64,000 bases of DNA from Bdellovibrionota bacterium (GTDB taxonomy: Bacteria > Bdellovibrionota_C > UBA2361 > JBGSMV01), in assembly GCA_044356455.1 (NCBI GenBank), contig JBIKWF010000010.1, forward strand, positions 569 to 64,568, read 5' to 3'. Positions 17,650-26,566 of this stretch are shown piece after piece. The notes beneath the pieces are model-generated. The model was not told the origin of the DNA, searched no databases, and saw nothing but the letters and a program-made list of their open reading frames with translations. Positions within the stretch are counted from its first letter, which is position 1. Every line of letters begins with the position of its first letter. The translations under genes were made by a program, and so were the position numbers.

Positions 17650-19990
17650 CAGCTATCTGTTTTGCAAGAGCCATTGCTTCGGTTTTCTCAAGATAAAAGT
17701 GCGGGGCTATTCGCAGATAACCACCGCGAACACTGCATAGAATGTTTCGTGCGGCAAGTGCATCCCGAAGTTTTAATGGATCTACCTTAGTTTCAAACGC
17801 CAAGATTCCCGAACGATTCTGCTCGGGGTGCTCGACCAGGATAAAATGTTCAGGCGGGAGCTCTGATTTAAAAACTTCTTGGAGTTCGCGAATTTCTTTC
17901 CAAATTGTTTCGGCCCCATAGCGACCAGCGACTCCGTTAATTGCAGCTGCCAATCCCGCAGCCACTGAACTTGGCACGGTGCTATATTCAAATTTTTTAC
18001 CATCTATTCGGGGTCGTACGTCGTAGTTCAGGTAATCGTCCCCCTGTTCCATCATGTCAGGGCCAATCATCACAGGGATGATTTTCCTGCGAAACTCAGG
18101 GGACGTGTAAAGAAGCCCGGAACCAATGGGTCCAAGTAGCCATTTCCATCCAGAAGTGACGACAGCGTCTACTCCCCAGCGCTCGGGATACACGGGGAGA
18201 GCTCCTGCGCTCTGGGCCGCATCGATTACGAGGGCGATACCATTTTCACGGCACAACGCCGCCACTTCTTCGACGTTGCAGGCAAACCCGCTGGTGAACT
18301 GTACATGACTTAGCGCAATGAGTTTGGTCCGCTCAGTAATCAGCTGCTTAAGTTCGTCAATCGACCAGCGCTCAGGTTTGCCATTCCTTGTGGTACCCTC
18401 GATAAATTTTAGAGTAACCCCACGTTGTTCTTGCAGCTTCCAGGCATGGTAGTTAGAGGGGTATTCGTAGCGATACAGAATGATCTCGTCGCCAGCCCGA
18501 AATGGAAAGCCGTGCGCAATCATGCACAGCCCTTCTGCGCAGTTGCGGATGAAGGAGATGTTGTCAGGTGTCGTATCAAAGAGTTTTGCTCCCGCAAAGT
18601 GCAGTGAATTCAGCGCCTCACTATGTGCAGGACCGCCGCCATTCTCCGCAATCGATTGTAGAACCTTACTCTGAGCTGCTACAGCGGGGAGATAGACCGA
18701 GGCGGCACCGCAGTTATTGAGAAATCCGAATCTTGCTTTGACGGGAAAGTTAACTTTTGAGCGCTCGGCTCTGCTTGGCAAGGTAGGTGTAATCAGCACC
18801 TGGAGCGCTGCTTCGAGGTCCGCGATCAGTTCTCGTGGATCTCCCAATCCAACTGCCATGCGTACCAAGTTGTCGTTTATCCCAAGCTCTAGCCGTTGTT
18901 GTGGGGTGTAGCCATAATACGACATGATTGCTGGCTGTTCGATGAGCGGTTCAGGGCCGCCGAAAGAGGGGCCGTTCTTAAAGGCCCTCGCATTCTCTAT
19001 AAAACGCGCGGTGTCATGAAGTGAGCCACGAACGGTAAACGAGAGCACTCCCCCAAAGCCGCTCAATTGTTCCCTCGCGATCGCGTGGTCTGGATGCGAC
19101 GAAAGCCCCGGATACCAGACTCTTTCGATGGCGGGATGTAGTTCAAGAAATCTTGAGATAGTGAGAGCCGTTTCATTCTGTTGCTGCACTCGTAGAGGCA
19201 ATTCGGCGAGATACTGACCAAGGCGAAAGGCCACCTCAGGGGCAAGATTAGGTCCCAGACGACCGCGTTGTTCACGAACCGCCGCAACAAGAGATGCGGA
19301 GCCGAGCACTGCGCCTGCAAGTAAGTCATTGTGTCCCGCAAGATACTTGGTTGCTGAATGAATAACTAAATCCGCTCCGAGGGTGAGGGGCTGCTGGTTT
19401 ATTGGCGAGGCGAAAGTGGAGTCGACGATAAGGTGAAACGATGAGTGCGCCTTCAATGCCGCAATCCGTTTGACATCAGCTACCCTTAAGTAAGGATTGC
19501 TCGGTGACTCAAGAAAGATGGCCTTAGTTTTTGGAGTAATGCGAGTTTCAATGCTGGCAAATTCATCAGGAGGGACATAGGTGACCTCGATCCCCATTCG
19601 CGTAAGGTATGTGTCGCAGAATTTTTTAGTTTGGCGATAGGTTTCTCCGCTTTTAAGAATCTGAGATCCCTGGGGATAGCTAAGTGCGAGCGATAGTAAC
19701 GTCGTGGTAACTGCGGACATGCCAGAGGGTAGTAGCAAGGCATCCTCTGCGTTCTCTAGTTCGGCGAGACGTTTTTCAACGAGTCGCTCGGTAGGATTGC
19801 CATAGCGGCTGTACTCAAAAGTGTCGCCGAGTTGACCAGTGACTTCTGCCTCCTTGAATGCGAAAAGATCTGCAGCGGTTCTGAAGGTGTGAGCAGTACT
19901 AAGTACGATATTCGGCACGAGCGGGTGAGAAGTTCCTTGCGAATTGATTGAAGCCATAAGTCCCCAGTCGAAAAATCTAGTAACATGCAA
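17621..19990 (-). CDS. fused two-domain PLP enzyme: N-terminal Cys/Met-metabolism (cystathionine gamma-synthase/beta-lyase) domain + C-terminal class-V aminotransferase / cysteine-desulfurase-like domain
   Basis: N-terminal domain: YSRYGNPT, DSTFASP and SATKYLAGHNDLLAGAV (PLP Lys) are typical of the MetB/MetC family. C-terminal domain: ALSHVQFTSG, LVIDAAQSAG and TSGWKWLLGPIGSGLLY (SGHK-like PLP Lys) are typical of the SufS/CsdA fold. 789 aa. Confidence 0.8.
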   Translation of the reverse strand: MHVTRFFDWGLMASINSQGTSHPLVPNIVLSTAHTFRTAADLFAFKEAEVTGQLGDTFEYSRYGNPTERLVEKRLAELENAEDALLLPSGMSAVTTTLLSLALSYPQGSQILKSGETYRQTKKFCDTYLTRMGIEVTYVPPDEFASIETRITPKTKAIFLESPSNPYLRVADVKRIAALKAHSSFHLIVDSTFASPINQQPLTLGADLVIHSATKYLAGHNDLLAGAVLGSASLVAAVREQRGRLGPNLAPEVAFRLGQYLAELPLRVQQQNETALTISRFLELHPAIERVWYPGLSSHPDHAIAREQLSGFGGVLSFTVRGSLHDTARFIENARAFKNGPSFGGPEPLIEQPAIMSYYGYTPQQRLELGINDNLVRMAVGLGDPRELIADLEAALQVLITPTLPSRAERSKVNFPVKARFGFLNNCGAASVYLPAVAAQSKVLQSIAENGGGPAHSEALNSLHFAGAKLFDTTPDNISFIRNCAEGLCMIAHGFPFRAGDEIILYRYEYPSNYHAWKLQEQRGVTLKFIEGTTRNGKPERWSIDELKQLITERTKLIALSHVQFTSGFACNVEEVAALCRENGIALVIDAAQSAGALPVYPERWGVDAVVTSGWKWLLGPIGSGLLYTSPEFRRKIIPVMIGPDMMEQGDDYLNYDVRPRIDGKKFEYSTVPSSVAAGLAAAINGVAGRYGAETIWKEIRELQEVFKSELPPEHFILVEHPEQNRSGILAFETKVDPLKLRDALAARNILCSVRGGYLRIAPHFYLEKTEAMALAKQIAELGVCPVET

Positions 19991-20390
19991 AGCCGAATTC
20001 AGAAGAGCTCAAATGGCGAAATCCCCCCGCGTCACATGCCGTGGCCGGCATAGAATCCGCGAGAAGATATGTTCCTAGAGGGATGACCTAGAAGGTGGGA
20101 AATGTAGGTAGAAGGATTACTGATCGCAAAAAGACATGCGTCAGTAGTAACTGCCTACTCTCATCTTCCAGGGGCACTATCCCTGTCGGAATTGGCACCT
20201 AGAAGTTGAACCGCCGAATTTACTGCGATTGAACTTTCTGGTTGCCGAGGCATCGTAGGGCCGTTCCCTCCGCCTCTCTCGATAAGAGTCTTCGGGGAGA
20301 CCTCTACCGCAGCTACGGGCCGCGAGTCAACAAATGATTCTGGAGAAGCTTCCCCTCGGTGGAAAAAGAGAGAGCTACCCGAGGCGGTTA

Positions 20391-20882
20391 CTATGACGAG
20401 ACCCTAGTAAGAGTAGCTCCTTCTTCCTGAATCGGGACCTCAAAGAGCTTCTTGAACTGATCAACAAGCGAGGGTTCGATAAGAAAATTAAAATCAGGAA
20501 GATCCGCATTTCGCGCGGCGAGTCGGGCAGCGATAATTTCGGTCGGAACATCTAGAAAATGGATGTGCGCCTCAGCCCCTGCGGCCTTGGCTCTCTCGAT
20601 ACAACTCATGCGGTTCGCGCGCAGGAAAAAACCATCATCCAGAATAATATCTCCGCTTCGCTTCAGAATTTCAGCCGCAGATTCCCAGATGAGATTTCTG
20701 CAAGCGACTACCCGCCGTACATGCTCCTCATGTCCAATGGCGTCGATTGAGTAGCGTCCAAAAAGGCTAATGAGCCAATAGTCGAGACAAAAGTGGACCG
20801 CCTTGGTTTCGGCGGCGAGAGACTTTGCGTAAGTAGTTTTGCCGGAGCAGGGGAGGCCTGCGAGAAGATGGACAGTCGACAT
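20391..20882 (-). CDS. P-loop NTPase / putative kinase (AAA_33 / zeta-toxin-like fold)
   Basis: Walker A GLPCSGKTT at the N-terminus. The start is taken at the Met 6 codons inside the ORF-track ORF, which has an AAGG RBS. Confidence 0.5.
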   Translation of the reverse strand: MSTVHLLAGLPCSGKTTYAKSLAAETKAVHFCLDYWLISLFGRYSIDAIGHEEHVRRVVACRNLIWESAAEILKRSGDIILDDGFFLRANRMSCIERAKAAGAEAHIHFLDVPTEIIAARLAARNADLPDFNFLIEPSLVDQFKKLFEVPIQEEGATLTRVSS

Positions 20883-21114
20883 GGTATACCTTGCTTCCAC
20901 AGGGGGTCCCTCGCTTATTCCTTATCGAGGGAGCTCCCGAGGCTATCAGAGCTCAGGATTGCCATGCAAAGGGCTCTCATTGGCTGGCGCCCCGTGGCAA
21001 GTGCCGTCCCTCCATGGCGCCGAGGTTGTTTGAAATAGCTAGAAGAATCAGTCGATTAACCCCGGGTCAGGATGTGAGCACACCGCTTGCCTCATAAGAG
21101 GTTTTGAGGTCTGG

Positions 21115-22815
21115 CTACTCTTCGTGAGAGCCCCCTGTCGCCAGGTCATCGAGCTCCTTACTAATCGCATGCACATCGCTCCAGGGCTGAGTATGAGCGA
21201 GGAGGCGCCGTACTACATCTCGGCAGCTCTTAATTTTATCAGTCTCCCCACTCTCCGCAGCGAGCGTACCTCTCAAGAGTTCTACTTTCGCAATTCCCTC
21301 GGCGAGCTCTTCTTGAATTCCGGGAGGCAACTCCTTAGCAAGGAGGTGAGCCTGCTCTGCAACCTTAGATGCCTCTTCGTCATCTCCGACACCCAATAGC
21401 CATGACGAGTAGTCAAGGTGCGTGGCAATGAGGATCTCGCTTCTTGCCGTGAGAGAGCAGTTCTGGAGGCTGCGCTTTGCGAGAGAAAGGGAGCCTTCCC
21501 AACTCTCGTGTACTTCGGCAACTGGGTGACCAAGTGCTGACTTGGCGCGGCTCATACCAATTGAGCTGATGATATGGCTTCTCGTGCCGGGTGCGTGTTG
21601 CACTGAAAGCTCTTGGAGCTCCTCCGCCGCTGAAAGAAGCGCGTGGTTGTGGGTCTCGGAATCACCTCCAAGCGTGCTGACAACAAGGCCAGTGAATGCG
21701 CGAATTCTTCTCGAGACGTCTTTAGAAGGAAGTAGTTCGAGTGCTTGTGAAAAGCACTGGATTGCATCGTCGGTAGAACCTTCCTCGAGCAAAAGCTCTC
21801 CTTTAAGGCTGAAGGAATCAGCGGCAGCTTCTGGTTTCAACTCTTGGAGCGAAAGAATGCCTTCCCAGGCTTCTTCGAGCTTAGCAAGTGCGAGTGCTGA
21901 GCGGCCGCATGCGGCAAGTGCGGCGGCATGAGAGGTGGTCGCTTGAAGAAATAACTCAGGACTAGCGTGGAGTCTTTTGGGCGGCTCTGAATCAAGAACA
22001 AATTGGACCTGAGCTCCTCGGTCAAGTTCCCTGATTCTTACTCCGCTTTCAAGTTTGAGGGCGGTAGCAAGCTGCAGGAGATCGAGATTCTTACTTGGTT
22101 CCGAATCGATAATGCCTTCAGCAGTAGAGGCATGCTTCCACGTAAAGGCATACTCCTCACATGCATGATGCGCGATGGCGAGTCGTAGGTGAAGGCGAAT
22201 TTGTGGAAGCTTAAGAGTGTCACTTTTAGTCGCCACAAATGTCTTGTTGACCCAGCCAAGTGCAAAATCTAGCAGCTCCACGCTCTGCCTTGCTTTCGTG
22301 AGGCTTGTGGTATCAGAAGATGCGGCATCCGCTCCCACCGCGAGGAAACTAACGCTATGGAGATCTGGTGGTCCCGCAAGGTGCACGCCAATTCCGGCAC
22401 GATTTTGAGAAAGCACCCCGGACAAATCCTTAGTCTTGCCGAGTGATACTGCGAGGTTCGAATAGATAAGTGTGGCCATTCCGCGCGGACCGGACTGTGG
22501 AGCCTTAGGATGCGTGGCGAGGGGCGAAACAATTTCAAACGCTACTAGATTCTCGCCTTTGCTGCTCAGCGCGCTTGCGAGCATTCCGCCAAGAATACAG
22601 GCTATCTCCCAGCGCTCAGTTCGCTTAAGGGCGGTCGCTTCACCTGATAGAAAATGTGTGAGAGCAGCGGTGATATCCGCTCTTCGGGTTAGGACTGCAA
22701 CTTCGGGAGATAAAGACGAGGCTTCAAGCTGCGCAAAAAGTTGTAAGATATCGCTTGGGCCCCTTTGCGAGGGGGATCCACGGGCCCCTGGATTATTGGA
22801 CGGTCTGGCGTTCAT
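21115..22815 (-). CDS. hypothetical protein (566 aa), probably helical-repeat rich
   Basis: Long ORF, Ala/Leu-rich, no motif recognised. Confidence 0.45.
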   Translation of the reverse strand: MNARPSNNPGARGSPSQRGPSDILQLFAQLEASSLSPEVAVLTRRADITAALTHFLSGEATALKRTERWEIACILGGMLASALSSKGENLVAFEIVSPLATHPKAPQSGPRGMATLIYSNLAVSLGKTKDLSGVLSQNRAGIGVHLAGPPDLHSVSFLAVGADAASSDTTSLTKARQSVELLDFALGWVNKTFVATKSDTLKLPQIRLHLRLAIAHHACEEYAFTWKHASTAEGIIDSEPSKNLDLLQLATALKLESGVRIRELDRGAQVQFVLDSEPPKRLHASPELFLQATTSHAAALAACGRSALALAKLEEAWEGILSLQELKPEAAADSFSLKGELLLEEGSTDDAIQCFSQALELLPSKDVSRRIRAFTGLVVSTLGGDSETHNHALLSAAEELQELSVQHAPGTRSHIISSIGMSRAKSALGHPVAEVHESWEGSLSLAKRSLQNCSLTARSEILIATHLDYSSWLLGVGDDEEASKVAEQAHLLAKELPPGIQEELAEGIAKVELLRGTLAAESGETDKIKSCRDVVRRLLAHTQPWSDVHAISKELDDLATGGSHEE

Positions 22816-22986
22816 AGTGCCCCGAATTAAATACGAATTCGGAGGTCTATTCCACTCGGATGGAGAGAAATTAGCAGTTTGCCGAAGTGGGTCCTGTTTT
22901 CAGAAGCCCTAAGCTAATCAAGTGCTTGTCCCTTGACCTCTCATAGAGGCCGGCTCAGGCGACTTGAAGTCCCTAAGGAAAAGATT

Positions 22987-23622
22987 TCACTCTTTCCTAG
23001 AAGGGCAAAGCTCACGGAGAGTGCATGCCGCGCAAAGCGGATTCTGCGCTTTGCATACTCGCCGACCGTGAAAGATAAGCCAGTGGTGTAAGTTTCTCCA
23101 CTGGGCGGGTTCAAAAAGTGCTTTCAATTCTTCCTCTACTTTGTCGGTCGTCTTTCCTTTTGCGAGCCCAAGTCTCTGAGACACTCTAAAGACATGGGTA
23201 TCTACCGGGAGTGCGGGTGTCTTGCCTTGTTCTGAGAGGACGACATTCGCTGTCTTTCGTCCTACCCCTGGCAGAGAAGTGAGATCTTCCTCCGTCGAAG
23301 GGAGCGTGCCGCCGAAATCTTTTTCTACTTTTTGCCCAAGGCCAATCAGGTTTTTGGACTTTGTTTTATAGTAATTTACTTGCCGTATGATTTCTTCAAC
23401 TTCGGAGACTTCTGCTTTTGCGAGCGCTTTGAAGGAAGGGTAGCGCTTAAAAAGCTTTGGGGTTACTTCATTAACCTTTTTGTCTGTGCACTGGGCTGAA
23501 AGAACAACCGCAGTAACAAGCTCATACTCGTTCGAAAAAGAAAGTTCTGAGCGCGGGTTTGGATATAGTTCAGCAAATTTCTTGAGTAGGTTCTTGCGTG
23601 TGGCAGGCGTCGGAATGCTCAT
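22987..23622 (-). CDS. nth: endonuclease III (DNA glycosylase/AP lyase)
   Basis: HhH-GPD motif LPGVGRKTANVVL, catalytic Lys/Asp, and the C-terminal 4Fe-4S ligands CKAQNPLCAACTLRELC. Confidence 0.9.
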   Translation of the reverse strand: MSIPTPATRKNLLKKFAELYPNPRSELSFSNEYELVTAVVLSAQCTDKKVNEVTPKLFKRYPSFKALAKAEVSEVEEIIRQVNYYKTKSKNLIGLGQKVEKDFGGTLPSTEEDLTSLPGVGRKTANVVLSEQGKTPALPVDTHVFRVSQRLGLAKGKTTDKVEEELKALFEPAQWRNLHHWLIFHGRRVCKAQNPLCAACTLRELCPSRKE

Positions 23623-23631
23623 GCCCTAGTA

Positions 23632-24324
23632 TTATCTGTTCTCGCACTTCCATATCAACTGGGTGCTAAGATTATAAAGATTTTCCTCCTTATCGCGTGG
23701 GGGGCCGCAGAGAATGAGAATATCACTCCGGTACTGCTCTTCTTCTGTGTGTGCTCTCTTATGAGCAGAAATATAGAGGGAGTAGCGCGGGCTACAGTCC
23801 CCGTCGCAGCGCTCGTAGAGGTCCTCTCCGTCGGGGCCAGAGCCTTTGGCGATATCAAGAAAGGCGTCAGAGAGGTCTTTGAAACTTTCGAAAGAGCGGT
23901 TCGGGTACGCGATGGGATCTTTTGTCGTGGCCTCTAGGCGCTGATTGCAGCGCTCAAAGTCAGGGTGGTCTGGAACAAAGGATTGAGGTGAGGCGCTAAA
24001 GAGAATTTCTGGTTCGGGGGCCATGCCGCAGCCCTCTGGGCAGGTAAGTTCAGGCGGGGGGGAGCCGCTTCGCGCTCCTTTGGCTTCCCCGAACATAGCC
24101 TTAAGCTGTGACTTAATTGACTCCTTTGAGCCAAACAAATTGCCGAGGAACGAAGAAGAGCCGGTGCGCTGATCGAGGTTTCGAATGAGGAAATGAGAGG
24201 CGCAGGGAGGAGCCTGCGCCATCACTGAGGCTGCTCCAAGGAAGAACATCGCAGCAAGAGCTGCACATGTTCGGGTGAAGGGGAGGCCCATACCTCTATA
24301 CTCTCCTAGGGAGCTCTTGCTCAC
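23632..24324 (-). CDS. secreted Cys-rich hypothetical protein
   Basis: Signal peptide MGLPFTRTCAALAAMFFLGAASVMAQA (the start may be the Met at 24291); many Cys residues. Confidence 0.45.
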   Translation of the reverse strand: MSKSSLGEYRGMGLPFTRTCAALAAMFFLGAASVMAQAPPCASHFLIRNLDQRTGSSSFLGNLFGSKESIKSQLKAMFGEAKGARSGSPPPELTCPEGCGMAPEPEILFSASPQSFVPDHPDFERCNQRLEATTKDPIAYPNRSFESFKDLSDAFLDIAKGSGPDGEDLYERCDGDCSPRYSLYISAHKRAHTEEEQYRSDILILCGPPRDKEENLYNLSTQLIWKCENR

Positions 24325-24419
24325 AAGAAATAAATCGGTTTTTGCCCATATTTCTCGGTGTTTAAACCGCTTTCTTAGTTCCGCTTACGAGTAAATCTGG
24401 CTAAGCTGCCGGAGCTTTA

Positions 24420-24570
24420 CCTAGGGAACCTCTGAAAAACTCCCCCTCCGCGTACTCAGCGTACTCCGCGTTACTTGAAAACCATTGAATAACGCGGAGT
24501 ACGCAGAGTACGCGGAGGAAGAACAGGACAGAAGAAGCTCGATTTCAAGGTTTTTCAGAGGTTCCCTAGG
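24420..24570. mobile_element. MITE-like element, family A archetype (151 bp) with perfect 21-bp TIRs CCTAGGGAACCTCTGAAAAAC
   Basis: The left end CCTAGGGAACCTCTGAAAAAC and right end GTTTTTCAGAGGTTCCCTAGG are exact reverse complements. The interior is a second nested palindrome CCTCCGCGTACTCAGCGTACTCCGCG..CGCGGAGTACGCAGAGTACGCGGAGG. Confidence 0.85.
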
Positions 24571-24670
24571 AACGCTCTTAGTAGGTTTAAAAGACAACCA
24601 CTAAGACCACGGAGCCCACGAAGAGAGGGGACCGCTAAATTTTTGGTTATTTTTTTCAGAGGAAACTTTC

Positions 24671-25441
24671 ATGCGTATTGGAAAAAAACTCGCCGGACTG
24701 ACTTTCGTTCTTGCTTGCAGCGTTGTCTCAAATGCATTCGCCGCTTCAGTAAAGGAATGCGCCGATTTGCCCTCTCAAGCTGCGCTTAAAAAGGCGCTTA
24801 CTGAGGCACGTGCTGCGGGGAACGGTGGGCTCAACCTCGATATGTGGGGCACTATTGTTGGGCGAAGTGGGGTTGTGTGCGCTGTTGCCTATACTGGGGT
24901 CTCTGTTGGTGCGCAGTGGCCAGGAAGCCGCGTGATTTCAGCGCAAAAGGCGAATACTGCAAATGCATTTAGCCTCGCGGGGCTTGCGCTTTCTACCGCA
25001 AACCTCTACTCGGCGGTTCAGCCAGGGGGGAGTCTTTTTGGTCTTCAGGAAAGTAACCCAGTAAATACCGATGTGGCCTACCGTGGCTCTGCGGCCCAAT
25101 TTGGATCAGACCGTGACCCAATGGTGAGCGAGCGTATTGGGGGCGTGAATGTATTTGGCGGCGGACTCGCGCTCTATGACGCGAAGGGCACGCTGCTTGG
25201 TGGCATTGGGGTAAGTGGTGATACCTCCTGCGCCGACCATAACATCGCGTGGCGCACACGGCATATTCTTGGACTGGACTATGTTCCGGGCGGCGTAGCC
25301 CCAACCAAGAATGACCAAATCATTTTCGATATTACCGACGGAAAGAGCGCCGGTGGCTTCGGGCATCCTGCCTGTGGTGGGAAGGAACAGGAGCTTGCGG
25401 CCTCTCTTCCTGAATCCGCAAAGGTAGCCGCGGCAAAATAA
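24671..25441 (+). CDS. secreted GlcG/HbpS-like (DUF336) heme-binding-fold protein
   Basis: Signal peptide. GTLLGGIGVSGDTSCADHNIA resembles the GlcG/HbpS core GAIGVSG. Confidence 0.5.
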   Translation: MRIGKKLAGLTFVLACSVVSNAFAASVKECADLPSQAALKKALTEARAAGNGGLNLDMWGTIVGRSGVVCAVAYTGVSVGAQWPGSRVISAQKANTANAFSLAGLALSTANLYSAVQPGGSLFGLQESNPVNTDVAYRGSAAQFGSDRDPMVSERIGGVNVFGGGLALYDAKGTLLGGIGVSGDTSCADHNIAWRTRHILGLDYVPGGVAPTKNDQIIFDITDGKSAGGFGHPACGGKEQELAASLPESAKVAAAK

Positions 25442-25463
25442 TGCAGGATGTGAGCCTCAGGGA

Positions 25464-25672
25464 TTCTAAGGAAACTCTGAAAAAACTCGATAGAATATTT
25501 TCTCTCTCTGTGATCTCTGTGTCCTCTGTGGTTTTTCAACAATTTAATTCAACCACAGAGGACGCAGAGATCGCAGAGTGGATTTTTTAAGGGGTCCCTC
25601 AGAGGCCTCGCATATAAACTTCATGCTCTCTGTGGTCTTAGTGGTTGTTTTTCAAGGCCACTAAGACCACAA
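25464..25672. repeat. composite repeat: A-like end CTAAGGAAACTCTGAAAAAAC + B palindrome (CTCTGTGATCTCTGTGTCCTCTGTGG..CCACAGAGGACGCAGAGATCGCAGAG) + D palindrome (TCTGTGGTCTTAGTGGTTG..CCACTAAGACCAC)
   Basis: Arms are reverse complements with 2 mismatches. Same modules as at 15065-15164 and 15432-15465. Confidence 0.7.
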
Positions 25673-25683
25673 AATAGGAACCC

Positions 25684-26562
25684 TTGACGTCTGCGCCACC
25701 ACTAACAATCAAGATGCAGGGCGTAGGACGGGCGGTCCTCCTCATGCTCGGCGCATCATTTGCGTTCTCATGCATGAACGCGTGCGCAAAATTGGCGAGC
25801 GCCACGCTCCCTCCGACTGAAGTTGCCTTTGCCAGGGCCTTTGTCAACTTGCTCTTTCTTGCCCCTTGGATGGCGTGGCATGGAATTTCGTTTCTTGGAA
25901 CAAGGCGGCGATTACTTCTTACTCGCAGCCTTTCAGGGGCAACTTCCCTTATCTTTAATTTCTCAGCTGCCGCGAGACTGCCTCTGGCAGACCTCGGTGC
26001 GCTCCTAAAGACAGGAGTGCTCTTTACCGTAATCCTTGGAACCCTTGTCCTTAAGGAGAAATTCTCAGCGCGACGTGCTTCCTATGTGCTCCTAGGGTTT
26101 GCAGGGGCCTTAGTGGTGCTTAAACCAACCTTTGAAGTTGATTCGATAGGGGGATTTGAAGCATTAGCCTCGGCGTTTTTCGGTTCGATTAGCGCCATTA
26201 GTATTCGTGAGCTAGGAGGGACGGAACGTCCTGCAACGGTGGTATTTCAGTTCTGTGCCTACGCCTCGCTCATTCTCTTTGTCCTCTTTGGGGTACATTT
26301 TGAGATGCCTCAGGGCCGAGAATGGCTGTTGCTTATAGGAGCAGGTCTTGCTGGGACATTAGGGCAGGTGGCGGTAACCTCAGCACTTCAAAGGGCTCCA
26401 GCCTCACTCGTGGCACCTTACTCGTTCTCAGAGGTTCTTTTCGCAGCTACGATTGGTGTAGTATTTCTTGGGGAGTCGCTTAGCCCCACAAGTGCGTTAG
26501 GCGCCCTCATCATTGTGGGCGCGGGAGTACTGCTTGGCCGGAGCGCCATACGCCATGGGTAA
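25684..26562 (+). CDS. DMT-superfamily (EamA-like) transporter
   Basis: Ten predicted TM helices in two EamA repeats. Confidence 0.75.
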   Translation: MTSAPPLTIKMQGVGRAVLLMLGASFAFSCMNACAKLASATLPPTEVAFARAFVNLLFLAPWMAWHGISFLGTRRRLLLTRSLSGATSLIFNFSAAARLPLADLGALLKTGVLFTVILGTLVLKEKFSARRASYVLLGFAGALVVLKPTFEVDSIGGFEALASAFFGSISAISIRELGGTERPATVVFQFCAYASLILFVLFGVHFEMPQGREWLLLIGAGLAGTLGQVAVTSALQRAPASLVAPYSFSEVLFAATIGVVFLGESLSPTSALGALIIVGAGVLLGRSAIRHG

Positions 26563-26566
26563 CACA

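Noticed and set aside
19991-20390. 400-bp intergenic region scanned for RNase P RNA, SRP RNA or a riboswitch
   Set aside because: None of the universal motifs I know (GGAAAGUCCGGGCUCC / ACAGAAACCCGGCUUA for RNase P, the GGAAGCAGCCA-type SRP motif, a B12 box) was found on either strand.
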